Shown here in pieces: positions 1 to 9,900 of a stretch of DNA of 37,813 bases (positions are counted from its first letter, which is position 1; each line of letters begins with the position of its first letter). The notes under the pieces are model-generated. The model was not told where the DNA came from and made no database searches. It was given only the letters and a program-made list of their open reading frames with translations. Source of the DNA: a virus (Duplodnaviria > Caudoviricetes); IMG/VR virus record IMGVR_UViG_3300022181_000109, positions 1 through 37,813 of that record; one strand, given 5' to 3'. Position numbers and translations under genes: made by a program.

Positions 1-1065
1 TCAGGCCGGCGGGGTCCTGCCCGCCAGTCTGACAAGGCGAGCCGCTCCGAGCGTCCTCGCCTTTTCTACTGCGCCGCCATCGGGGGTCAGATACTTCTCC
101 GTCGTCGCGATCTCGGAATGGCCCATCAGGGCCTGCACGCTCCGCAGATCGATCCCATCCCGCAGCCAGTTCGTCGCCGCCGTCGATCGCAGATGCTTCT
201 GACTGAGACCCGCCGTGCCCGCCCGCGTCCTCAGACGCCGGAACGGCCGGTGGTTCTCATCCGGCAGCTTCCGCTGCCGGTCCGTCATCTGCCCCTGCGA
301 CCGCACGTACATCAGGTACGCATACCGGTCGGCGCTGAGCAATAAATACGGTTGGCCCGCCGGCAGGACATGCCGACGCGCCAAGAGGACGCTTTTCGCC
401 TGGTCCACCAGCGGAACCGTCCGCCAGTCCCGGTCCTTCGGCGCCCATCGCCAGGTCGTGTCCGTCTCATCGTGCGGCTGCACGGTGATGGTGCCCCGGT
501 CCCAGTCGATGTCCGACTCGATCAGCTGCTGGCATTCTGCCCTACGCAGGCCGGCCGTCGCCATGACCAGCACTCTGGCTTCGGTCAGGCCGCCATCCTG
601 TACGCGTCGGGCCTCGGCCATCAGCCGGGCCAGCCGATCGTCGCTGTAGACCTTGACGGGCCTTCGGACCCGCTTGATCGCCGGCAACTGGCCCCAGACA
701 TCCACGTTCGTCCTCTGGTGGATCGTCCACCATCGGAACGGAGGGCGGATCATCTTGAGGTACGAGGCCGCCGTCACCGGGCCAAAGCCCTTCATCAGGC
801 CCGCCCGGGCCCTGCCCGACAGCCGGCAGTTCATCCGTGAGAGTTCTTCGGCCGTCCGTGGCCGCCAGCCGCCGAGCAGGGCCGATCGATACTGCTCTGC
901 ATATGCCATCGCAAAGTGATCCAGTGACACATCCCCGCACACCGCGACAAACTGGTTGAACACCAGATGCCGCATCGCGCGGGTTGCCGCGTCCTGCTCG
1001 GGATGAGCTTCGTCAAACTTCGACAATAAGGTCAATACGGTCAATGTGCTCTGTGCGTATTCCAT
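1..1065 (-). CDS. int: Tyrosine recombinase / phage integrase
   Basis: Motifs TAGLRRAE (Arg), APK, KHLRST (HxxR box with Lys in place of the first His), LMGHS and TEKY (catalytic Tyr). Start at ATG 1065 follows a strong AAGGAGG RBS; the ORF track extends to 1095. Confidence 0.92.
   Translation of the reverse strand: MEYAQSTLTVLTLLSKFDEAHPEQDAATRAMRHLVFNQFVAVCGDVSLDHFAMAYAEQYRSALLGGWRPRTAEELSRMNCRLSGRARAGLMKGFGPVTAASYLKMIRPPFRWWTIHQRTNVDVWGQLPAIKRVRRPVKVYSDDRLARLMAEARRVQDGGLTEARVLVMATAGLRRAECQQLIESDIDWDRGTITVQPHDETDTTWRWAPKDRDWRTVPLVDQAKSVLLARRHVLPAGQPYLLLSADRYAYLMYVRSQGQMTDRQRKLPDENHRPFRRLRTRAGTAGLSQKHLRSTAATNWLRDGIDLRSVQALMGHSEIATTEKYLTPDGGAVEKARTLGAARLVRLAGRTPPA
1024..1046. repeat. 23-bp direct repeat copy 1 (CAATAAGGTCAATACGGTCAATG), 9-bp periodic GTCAAT units
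   Basis: Identical to 6918-6940. Confidence 0.9.
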
Positions 1066-1288
1066 AGGGTTCCTCCTTTCAGTTAGGAACGGCACAGCCG
1101 CAGGCCGGTCCGGGCGCTACCCGGACCCGCCCACAGCTTACCTCAGAGGAGACCCCATGCCAACACACAAGCTTTTTTGCCCACGCCCCTATTCGTATGT
1201 CAGAGAGCCCCCGGCGGCCGTTCCGAGGTTCCCGGCCGCCGGGCCCACACACACCGCCTACGCCCCCAGGCGCCGGCGGAAACACGCT

Positions 1289-1615
1289 TCACTGATCCAA
1301 CGGTTCGCCCTGGTGGATCACCACAATCTGATCCCCGTCGGCCTGGGCCTGGGCAATCGCGGCGTCCATCGCCAACTGATCCGCCGGGCTCGCATGCCGC
1401 GTCGCCGCCAGCCGGGCCAGGACCGTCGCATCGTCGAAACTCTCGGGGATCTCACTGACCCCCTTGGGCCCGATCAGCCGCCGGTGGTGCCGGCCGGAGG
1501 CGTCGCGGTACAGGATCACCGCCCGCTCCCCGGTCTCCACACACTCGGCGAACGCGAAATCCTCCGCAAAGTCCAACGCCAGCCTCAGCCGTTTGGGAAG
1601 CTTCTGCTCATTCAT
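1289..1615 (-). CDS. Hypothetical protein (108 aa)
   Basis: ATGA overlap with the methyltransferase stop codon; protein-like composition. Confidence 0.7.
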   Translation of the reverse strand: MNEQKLPKRLRLALDFAEDFAFAECVETGERAVILYRDASGRHHRRLIGPKGVSEIPESFDDATVLARLAATRHASPADQLAMDAAIAQAQADGDQIVVIHQGEPLDQ

Positions 1616-2271
1616 TCTCCATCTCCGCAGTGCAACACCCGCAATAGCTGTTTTCCTATGAATTCCGTATAAGCCGGAGGGGTGGCCTGGGCCAGTTCCC
1701 GCCGGGTCATCCAGTCAATGCCCATCAGCCGGGAGGCGAGATCGAACGGCCCTTGGCGACTATACTTGCCATAGTTCTGCAAAACCCTCACGAACGACTT
1801 GCTCGTGATAAGTATCGGGCGGCCTTGCGGGTGATGGCATTCGGGTTGAAACATTAGCCACGACGTCTCGAAGTTCCGATGCCTTCTGACCCATTCGCCA
1901 TCAGCGAAGAGGCCGAACATCGACCCACACAGAATAATGCCGCTGCTGTATGGGGCCCCGATGACGTTCTCAATAACGTAGGGCAGCCCGGACACGACAA
2001 GTCCTTGCCGCACGGCGTCGTACAGGTCGGGATGCTTGCTCTTGTCGCGTGTCGCTGTAGAATATGCCTGGCAGGGCGGACTCGCATGAATCGCGTTGAA
2101 CTCATGCCCATGCTCTTTCAGATACTCCAATGCGTCCGCCTGGTGGAACTCGAATGGGTACCTCGGCTGGGGCTTGATGTCCACGCCCACAACCTCGAAC
2201 CCCGCCCGGTGGTAGCCCATTGCGGCCCCGCCAGCCTTACAGAAAAGATCCAGGAGTTTTTTTTGCCCCAC
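1612..2271 (-). CDS. DNA cytosine-5 methyltransferase, short phage type
   Basis: Motif I LLDLFCKAGG, VGVDI, catalytic motif IV ASPPCQ and motif VI IENV. Likely start is GTG 2271; the track's extension to 2937 looks non-coding. Confidence 0.88.
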   Translation of the reverse strand: MGQKKLLDLFCKAGGAAMGYHRAGFEVVGVDIKPQPRYPFEFHQADALEYLKEHGHEFNAIHASPPCQAYSTATRDKSKHPDLYDAVRQGLVVSGLPYVIENVIGAPYSSGIILCGSMFGLFADGEWVRRHRNFETSWLMFQPECHHPQGRPILITSKSFVRVLQNYGKYSRQGPFDLASRLMGIDWMTRRELAQATPPAYTEFIGKQLLRVLHCGDGE

Positions 2272-2300
2272 TCTGTGCCCTTCGTGCCTCTGTGGTGAAC
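2271..2300 (+). repeat. CTCTGTG micro-repeat cassette copy
   Basis: ctctgtgcccttcgtgcctctgtggtgaac; abuts the methyltransferase start codon. Confidence 0.85.
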
Positions 2301-2577
2301 CCCCCTGAAAAGCCGCGGGGCAGGCCGGGCCGCAGCAAGCAACACGCCCCCGGCCCGCCGCCGTCGGTACTCCGGCAATCAAAACAGGCCCCAGAGTGGA
2401 GGGAGAGGAAAGGGAGATGCCCCTGGGGCCTGGGAGACTGCGCCGGACCGCCGCCGGACCCTCGTCGGAAAGAGGGCACCGGCCTGCGGTCCTCAGCGGT
2501 CGAGATCTCAAAGAAAGCCCCCGGACCGGCGAGAGGGTCAGTCCCGCACCGGGTGAGCCGGGGGCAATCTGGCGAGG

Positions 2578-2616
2578 AAAAAGGGCGGCGTAGGAGTGCC
2601 CAGCACCGCCGCCCTT
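2578..2616 (-). terminator. Possible intrinsic terminator or attenuator upstream of the MTase-integrase operon
   Basis: 10-bp inverted repeat AAGGGCGGCG (2581-2590) / CGCCGCCCTT (2607-2616) ending in a T5 run on the minus strand. Confidence 0.45.
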
Positions 2617-3055
2617 GGCAAAGAAATGGCCCGGTCGAGGGCCGTTCGCGACAAGACAGTGGGCGGCGCGACGGGAAGGCCCGCTAGCAGGATGCACCGG
2701 CCCCACTGTGGAATGATGAGAATGTGAAAATGCCAATACCGTCAACATGGCCACCCTGTCGAAAGTTCTTGACTTTGCCTGCCAACCTGCTATCCTGATC
2801 GGGTCAATCACACCCATCGGAGGGGTGACTTTCCCGTTTGAAACGCTTGCAGCCGCCGGCCCCGTGTTCGCTGCCAGGCTTCCACCCGGCCGCCAGCCGC
2901 ACTCACCAACCATTCCCCGTCCTCGTGACACCCTCAACTAAGCGATGGTGATTCTATCGGCGGGTGACTTCGGAAGTCAACAGCCTTTTTCGGGAATTGT
3001 CGGCACATGACCGAATGAATCGGACTTGCTTTTGGCTTAAGTAAAGGGGATTCGT

Positions 3056-3457
3056 ATGTTTATGAGCGACGTGCAGACCGAAAAAAAATTTGAAGCAAAG
3101 ATCCCAATGCCCCTCTGGGACCAGTGGGAAAAGTGGGCCCAGGGCCGGCCCAAGCTCCAGAACCCACAGATTTTCATCGGGTTCATGCGGCTGTTTCTCC
3201 TGATGTCCCGCGACGTCCAGATGAAGGCCCTCAGTGGCACAGAAGAGGAACTCCGTGACGCCCTTCACAAGGAAGGCATCGACATTGCCGCTTCCGCCAA
3301 AAACGAAGTTACATCGAGGCTGGAAGCAGCCAGGGCGGTTCTTCGTAAGATGTCGCCACAGGCCCGCGAGTCGCTGCCGCGAGAGCTGATCGTCTTGCTT
3401 CCCATCGAGGAAGAAAGCACAACAGAGCCGAAGGAGCGGAAGCGTAAGACCAGTTGA
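3056..3457 (+). CDS. Putative repressor / ribbon-helix-helix-like DNA-binding protein
   Basis: One of only two convincing plus-strand genes, divergent from the integrase operon. The N-terminal KKFEAKIP strand followed by helices resembles an RHH fold; RBS AAGGGG upstream. Function is inferred. Confidence 0.5.
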   Translation: MFMSDVQTEKKFEAKIPMPLWDQWEKWAQGRPKLQNPQIFIGFMRLFLLMSRDVQMKALSGTEEELRDALHKEGIDIAASAKNEVTSRLEAARAVLRKMSPQARESLPRELIVLLPIEEESTTEPKERKRKTS

Positions 3458-3504
3458 ATCGCGTTTACCGCCTTGGTGGATACCGGCGGGGAAAGGAGTA
3501 GACC

Positions 3505-3903
3505 GTGAGCCAGGGATCAAATCCGTTTTCGATCTTTCTTTGGATCGGCATGCTCATCGCGATCGGCTTCGCCGGGGGCTGGCAGTGCCGTGAAACCCGC
3601 CACTCCAAAGACCGCACCGTAGATCCAAACACCGACGACTGGCTGGCCCGTTTTTCTGAAACTGAGCTCCGCTACGCTTTTCAATCGCAACCCCCGTTCG
3701 ATACGATCCTCATTTTCGATACAGCAAACGGCCACATGTGGCTGAGAGAGCCCAACCGAATTACCGATCTTGGCACGCCAACAAAGCCGCGACGCATCGT
3801 CAGTGCCCTGCAAGCGCCTCCCCAGCCGTCCAAACCAAACCCCTTCCGGAATCGCCTGGAGGAACTACAGAGGTCCTTGCCCGTGGAGGAGCCTCGACCA
3901 TGA
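3505..3903 (+). CDS. Membrane-anchored or exported protein (possible moron or superinfection exclusion)
   Basis: GGAG RBS before GTG; N-terminal hydrophobic segment FSIFLWIGMLIAIGFAGG. Confidence 0.65.
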   Translation: MSQGSNPFSIFLWIGMLIAIGFAGGWQCRETRHSKDRTVDPNTDDWLARFSETELRYAFQSQPPFDTILIFDTANGHMWLREPNRITDLGTPTKPRRIVSALQAPPQPSKPNPFRNRLEELQRSLPVEEPRP

Positions 3904-4079
3904 CACTTACTATTGTTCGCCGCATCGCCTGGGCGCTGCCCTTTGGGCTGGGAGGCCTCCTCTGCGTCCTCCGCGGTCACCCCTGCCGCTCCATCGCGGC
4001 CTGAACTTTCCGGAAATACCGGATCGTTGCCGCCTTCCGCCACCCGGTAGGCCCCCCATTATGGATCCTCGCGATGGTT

Positions 4080-4313
4080 TCACCCGCCGGCGAACAGCCC
4101 CCGCAGCCAGATCGCCACCTGGGCGATCGCCGCCAGGACCAGGGCCCAGAGCCATTTACCCGCCGTCGCCCGCGACCGCTCCAGGTCCCGTATGCGGTCC
4201 CCGTAGCCGGGGGCCCCGTTGCCCTGCATCTGGGCCAGGATCATGTCCAATTTGTTCTCGATCTCGTCCAGCCGAGGTTTGCAGACTTCGTTCCAGCGTT
4301 CCTGGTGGTCCAT
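4080..4313 (-). CDS. Small coiled-coil protein with C-terminal TM helix (holin-associated type)
   Basis: AAAGG RBS; RLDEIENKLD...GNG.PG...RIRDLE followed by WLWALVLAAIAQVAIWL; position after the tail genes is typical. Confidence 0.7.
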   Translation of the reverse strand: MDHQERWNEVCKPRLDEIENKLDMILAQMQGNGAPGYGDRIRDLERSRATAGKWLWALVLAAIAQVAIWLRGLFAGG

Positions 4314-4334
4314 GTCTCGCCTTTCCTGGTGGTT

Positions 4335-4363
4335 CTCTGTGTCCTCTGTGTCTCTGTGGTGAA
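4335..4363 (+). repeat. CTCTGTG micro-repeat cassette copy
   Basis: ctctgtgtcctctgtgtctctgtggtgaa; intergenic, just after the tailspike stop; identical to 34187-34215. Confidence 0.9.
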
Positions 4364-4368
4364 TTGGT

Positions 4369-6906
4369 TTACGGATACGTCTGCCCGTTGCCGCTGACTT
4401 CGACCCAGTCGGTCCCGTCCCAGACCAGCTCTACCCATTCGTTCGCGGTGTCCAGGCGAATCACTTCGGGGTCGCTGGTGACGTGATTGGCGACCGTAAT
4501 GTCGATGTTGTTCCCGGCCACCTTGCAGACGAACTTCACCCGCTGGCCGGTATAGGTTCCGGCAGCCAGAGCCCCGGTGATACCAGCCGAGGCCGAATTG
4601 AAGATCGTCGTGCCGTGGTCGTTGACGTCGGTCACGTCGGCTGAGATCGAATAGACCCGAGACAGGTCGTACATCTCCGGCGGGCCAATCTCGCTGCCGA
4701 CCACAACAGCTTCGGAGTCGATCAAGGCGTAGGCGTCCTGCACATTGTCGAACTCCACCAGTTGGGCGGCAGAAAAGTACGCATCGTCATCCACAGAACC
4801 GCTGTTGAAGATCTTCATGCCAGTGATCGCGGCCGTGTACTTGCCCTCCAAAAGACAGTAGTACCTGCGCCAGTCCGTAGATGTCGGCATGTTCGCGATG
4901 TATGTGGCGTAACCCGTGCCGACGAACATCACAGAGACGTTCATGTCTGCTGCCGACTTGACATCCACGCTAAACAGGTAGAACTTGCCGTCGGTCGTCG
5001 CAACATCAGACCACGCATCGACACCATTGGCCTGGGTCTGGGCAGTTCCAGCGAAGTTGATCTTCATACACTTCGACCAGCCCATCGGGGTGTCGGTAGT
5101 CACGAAAGAGACTGTATTGCTGTTGTCGCTGATCCGACTGAACTCCACGGCACAGGACCCGTTGGCCAGTAGGTTCGTCAGCGTCCAGTTCGCCTTACTG
5201 TTGACGGGGCCGCGCCAGCAGGCTTTGTTCTCGGCGGCAGGTATCATCCTGGCCCGATAGCACAGATCCGGGACCGGCGTGTATGAGGAGGACGTAATCT
5301 GCGGGCGATGATGTTCCACGACACAACTGGCGGCGGTGGTCTTGGACACAGTCCAAACCGACGAGTACAGTCCAACATTTTCCGTATGCAGGACCGCGTT
5401 GGCGTTCAGTAGGCCGCCCCGCATCTCCATATTGCGAAACAATACGTTGGCGCTGTTCAAGTAGAAGTTGTCCGGATCGCTGTAATCATCCCCGTCGATG
5501 GTCACGGACGCGGCGGAACCGTTGGCCTCCAGCCACACATTGTCAAACACGACCACGCGGTTCAGCCAGGTCGAGTCCGCAAACAAGGCGAACCCAAGCC
5601 CGGACTCGATAATGCTGTCCCGCACAATCACCTGCCCCGGCCCCAAAGACCCCGTGTCGCCGTCCAGAACAATAGCCGCCGCCTGGTTCTGGTACGACCT
5701 GCAATCCTGGACCAGCCAGCAGCCACCGTGACTGCTGGCGTTGCTTTCGACGTAGACATCGTGATAACACTGCCAGAATCGGCACCCTATTGCCGTCGTA
5801 TCGATTGCGGCCGCCGTATGCACACCCAATTTGCATTGATAGAAGTCGCAGTTCTCGATGTACACACCGCTGCTGATGTTTCCATTGCCGACATAAATGC
5901 CATTGGCAGTCCTGGTCGATCCGTCGAACCGAATGCCCTCGACCCGGATCGGAACACTCAGCGACGTGGCCGTGATTGACAAAGCGGCCGTGTCCGCCGT
6001 GGACGACTTCCAGACTGTATTGCCGGCACCGGAGCCACGAAAGACCACCAAATACGGCGTCGTCGCCATCGTCACTTCGGCCAGGTACGTACCCGGCGGG
6101 AAGAACACCGTTCCACCTCCGGCAGCAATGGCCGCGTCAATCGCCGCCTGGATCGCCGCCGTATCGTCCGTCACGCCGTCGCCGGTGGCGTTGTAGGGCG
6201 CATCGGTCACGTTGATCACCCCGACCGCCAGCAGGGGCCGGATCGCCGAGGCCCCGCCCATCGCCGTCAGCGAGCCCGACAGGGTCGTCTCGGTCAGGAC
6301 GTTGCCCCAGAACGCCGAGGCCGCGGTGTCGGCCAGGTCGGTCGAGCTCATGCCCCAGGAGTCCCCGTCCCAATAGGGATACCCGGCCGACAGGCTCCAG
6401 CCGTCAGGCAGGCTCATATCCACGACCTCGCGGTCCGTCTCCTGTGCCATCAGCGCCCGCCACGACAGACCCCGCAAATACTGGATCTGCGTCACGATCT
6501 TGTCGACGGCGTCCTCGATCGTCGAGAGCCGCACGTACGTCGAGCCGTCGATGTCGCTGGTCTGGGTCAGAGGCGGCACCCGCGAGATCCAGACCTCGAC
6601 CCCCGAGGCCGGGGCCGCAGTGAACGTGATCGACCCGCCCGGCGTGCCGTCCCACCAGTCCCCATCGGAGTCGTTGTCCGTGGCCGTAAAGTCGGAGTTC
6701 AAGACCTGGACATCCTCGGCCCCCGTGGCGGTCGTCCGGAGCACCACGCGAAGCGTCGAGGTCGAAAAGATCCCGAACGGCACGGTAAAGGTCGCCGTCG
6801 AGCCGTTGCCGTTGTAACTGACGGAATCGACCGTCGAGTTCACCTCGGCCAGAGTAGAGCCACAGAGGGCACAGAGAACACAGAGAAGAGCGAAAATCGT
6901 TTTCAT
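4369..6906 (-). CDS. Tailspike / receptor-binding protein with signal peptide, T7 gp17-like anchor, pectate-lyase-3-type beta-helix and CBM-like C-terminal region
   Basis: SYNGNGSTATFTVPF anchor motif; NVTDAPYNATGDGVTDDTAAIQAAID...GGGTVFFPPGTY beta-helix cap; GAGGA RBS before ATG 6906. Confidence 0.88.
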   Translation of the reverse strand: MKTIFALLCVLCALCGSTLAEVNSTVDSVSYNGNGSTATFTVPFGIFSTSTLRVVLRTTATGAEDVQVLNSDFTATDNDSDGDWWDGTPGGSITFTAAPASGVEVWISRVPPLTQTSDIDGSTYVRLSTIEDAVDKIVTQIQYLRGLSWRALMAQETDREVVDMSLPDGWSLSAGYPYWDGDSWGMSSTDLADTAASAFWGNVLTETTLSGSLTAMGGASAIRPLLAVGVINVTDAPYNATGDGVTDDTAAIQAAIDAAIAAGGGTVFFPPGTYLAEVTMATTPYLVVFRGSGAGNTVWKSSTADTAALSITATSLSVPIRVEGIRFDGSTRTANGIYVGNGNISSGVYIENCDFYQCKLGVHTAAAIDTTAIGCRFWQCYHDVYVESNASSHGGCWLVQDCRSYQNQAAAIVLDGDTGSLGPGQVIVRDSIIESGLGFALFADSTWLNRVVVFDNVWLEANGSAASVTIDGDDYSDPDNFYLNSANVLFRNMEMRGGLLNANAVLHTENVGLYSSVWTVSKTTAASCVVEHHRPQITSSSYTPVPDLCYRARMIPAAENKACWRGPVNSKANWTLTNLLANGSCAVEFSRISDNSNTVSFVTTDTPMGWSKCMKINFAGTAQTQANGVDAWSDVATTDGKFYLFSVDVKSAADMNVSVMFVGTGYATYIANMPTSTDWRRYYCLLEGKYTAAITGMKIFNSGSVDDDAYFSAAQLVEFDNVQDAYALIDSEAVVVGSEIGPPEMYDLSRVYSISADVTDVNDHGTTIFNSASAGITGALAAGTYTGQRVKFVCKVAGNNIDITVANHVTSDPEVIRLDTANEWVELVWDGTDWVEVSGNGQTYP
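6860..6886 (-). repeat. Inverted CTCTGTG cassette encoding the tailspike signal-peptide core LCVLCALCG
   Basis: ccacagagggcacagagaacacagaga on the plus strand. Confidence 0.85.
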
Positions 6907-6917
6907 GGTATCCTCGT

Positions 6918-6940
6918 CAATAAGGTCAATACGGTCAATG
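6918..6940. repeat. 23-bp direct repeat copy 2
   Basis: Identical to 1024-1046; fills the gap between the large ejection gene and the tailspike RBS. Confidence 0.9.
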
Positions 6941-6945
6941 AAGTC

Positions 6946-9900
6946 CTACTCTTGTTTCTTTTCCCCTCTGCGGTACAGGCTCAAATACGCCCGCAGCGTG
7001 TCGCCCTTGGGCATGTTCGCCGGGTCCATCCGGCCCTTGACGCCTTCGGCGATCTCCTTTTCACTGACGACCAGCAGCGGCCGTTTTTGCTCCCGCATCG
7101 CCGCTTCGTGCTCGGCCCGCTCGGCAATCACCTCGCGCATGCCCTCGATGTCTCCGATCTTATGCGCCAAATAAAACCGGTCCACCCACTGCTGCTTGAT
7201 CGCGGCCCGATCGGCCCCGACCCGTTCGGCCAGTTTCTGCTTCTCGTAGGCCCGCGGGATCTGGTCCGGCTGAAAGCCCATCGCCTTGAGCGCCGCATCG
7301 AGCCCGTTCAGGCGGATCTGCTCGAACGTCTCAAAGTCGATCAGCGGCGAGCCCCGCCGGGTCGTATGGCCCTCGGAGTACAGCCGCCAGGCGGCCAGGG
7401 GATTTCGCAGGGCCTCCGGCGAGGCGTCCTCCAGGGCCCGCAGGTACTGGCGGTTCTTGAGGTCCGTCCCGACCCGGTTCAACCGGCCGGGGATGTCCGA
7501 GACCACGCCGCCCATCCAGTCGAGGACCTGCCACTGGAGGTCCTTGTCCGGGTCGAGCTCGGGAACCAGGTCGCTCATGGCGACAGAGCCCGTCAGGGAG
7601 ACGCCCGCCTGGGTCGGGAGCCCCCGCATGAGGATCTCCGCCGGGGTCTTGCCGATCAGGTCGGCCATATCCTCTTCCGGGTCCCTGCCCGTGGCCCCCA
7701 CGTAGATCGCCGTGGCCAGGCCTGCCAGGGGCATCGCCTTGAGTCCACCCGTCAGCGTCCAGGCCAGCATATGCCGCCCGAGGGCCCCCCACTCCCCCGC
7801 CTTGGCCTGGTTCTTCATCCAGGTCAGTTGATTGAGCGTGTAGGAGCGAAAGATCGTCAACGCCGACTTGCCGCCCCTCATCAGGGGCGGGCGGTTGCCC
7901 TTGGCGTAGTGGAAGTGGGCCGTATCGATGATCCCTGCCGCCTCGGCCACGTCCGTCACGCCGGCCCTGTGCAGGGCGACGGCCATACTGGTGCGGTTGA
8001 GCCGCTCCATGTGCCGGAACACGTCGGCAAACGAGGCCGCCTTGCCCACCGGGCCCCAGGCCATCCGGAGAATCGCGTTGCCGCCCCTGGCGGAGATCTC
8101 GCTGGTCATCTTGGCGTCCAGGTAGCCCTGCGACTCCAGGGCCGCGATGAAGTCCCGCTCGGCCTGGGAGGTCCGGCCCGCCGCGGTATCGGCCATGGCG
8201 GTCATCAGCTTGGCCGCGCTCCATCGCGTCCGCTTCGAAAGTTCTGGCCAGCCCATCATCAGGTTGCCGCTGACGTTGACCACGGCGGACTTGATATTGC
8301 CGAAGAGGTACCAGAGGTACATGACGCTCTTGAGTCTGCCCCACTCGAACTGATCGCCCATGACGTACCGGATATACTCGCTGGCGTACCGGTGCAGTCT
8401 CGGCGTCTTCTGCGGATCGATCCCCTCCATCGCCTCGGTGAAGGCCATTGCGGCCTCCATCTTCGTCAAAAACCCGCTGAGGCCCGCGAAGTATTCGGCC
8501 AGCGGCAGGCGGAGATCCGCCGTCCAGCCGGGCGTCTCGGCCCTCTTGATGAAGTGCATCCCGAAGCCCTTGGCCTTATAGAGGTCCTTGAACGCCTGAC
8601 GCATCGCGTCGGCCGTCGAGGGATCGTACGGCTTGCCCGCCTTCTGGGCCTGTTTCTCGGCCTGCTCGGCGATCACGTCCAGCATCTTGTTCACGGCCCA
8701 GGACGGGGCGTCCTGGAACGTCTCGTACTCCATCTTGGTCCGCCGGATGATATCGACTGTCGCGCCGGGGAACATCTTCAAGAGCCGGTCCCGCTCGGTG
8801 AACCGGTCCTTGGTATGGACCGCCGTCATGTACGCCGTTCGAGTCCTGCCGTCCGGGCCCTTCTCTTTGACCACGACAGCCCAGGGTCCGTACCACTTGT
8901 GCGGGATGTAGGACCCGATCCGGGCCTCGAACTCGGCGATCCGTTCCTCGGGCACGCCCAGTTCCCGCATGCGTTCGACCAGTATCCTGGCCGCATCGTC
9001 GAGTCCATCGCGGATCGCCGTATAGGCCGCGTACTGCTGGGGCGTCAGTTGGGCCAGCAGCTTGCCGACAATCTCGCCGCCCGGATACTGCTCCTGCGCG
9101 ATCAGCAGTTCGTCGACCGCCTTTTGTGCCCTGGTGTCCAGATCGAAATACGGCTTGAGCTTCTCGGCGAACGCCCGATCGAGGACCTGCTTGGCCAGTT
9201 CCCTCGCCCTCTGCACGCCGAAGACCGGGGCGAACTGCGGGAACGATCTGGCGATATCGAAGGGAAGCTGCACGTACCGCCAGAATCGAGAGAGGTCCTT
9301 ATTGCTGATCGGCTCGTAGCCGTCGAGACTCTTGATTCCGAATTTGTGCAGCATGCGGCGGATGAAGCCCGCCTCGGCCGGCGTCGGCTCCTGCGCAACC
9401 GCGGCCGGCAGGTCCGCCGCGGGCGGCTGCCCGAAGAACTCCGCCAGGTCCGCCTGCGTGTCGATCGAGTCCTGCTCGCTCTGGATCTCGCGGGCCTCCG
9501 CCTCGGTCCGGGGCCAGTCGACAACTTCGTCGCTCGTCGCCCGTGGCTCGTCGCTCGCGGGCGGGGGGGCACTGGTCGCCGCGCCCTCCGGCCGCTCCTG
9601 ACCGGTCAGTTTGTAGAACCAGTCCCAAGCCTGGATCGCCCTCCATTCTTCCTGGAGGGCTCGATACAGGCCCCTGGGCCCGCTGATCTGCTCGTTTCCG
9701 TACCTGGCCAGCCAGGCGGCTTGTTCCGGGTTTTTGCGATGCTCCGCCAACGCCAGCCCATAGCGTTCGAAGAACTGGGGATACGTCATCGCGCCGGGGT
9801 GCGGTTCCCCCTCGATCATGGGGGCTGGCTCGGGCTTGGCGGTATACGCCTCGATGGCCCCGCCGACAAAGGGAGCGAGATTCTCGCTGGAAGTCCCCGC

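Noticed and set aside
2272-2937. 220-aa N-terminal extension of the methyltransferase
   Set aside because: Low-complexity translation of a probable regulatory leader; motif I begins just after GTG 2271.
3900-4004. 34-aa hydrophobic ORF coupled to 3505-3903
   Set aside because: It has an ATGA overlap but is too short and featureless to support.
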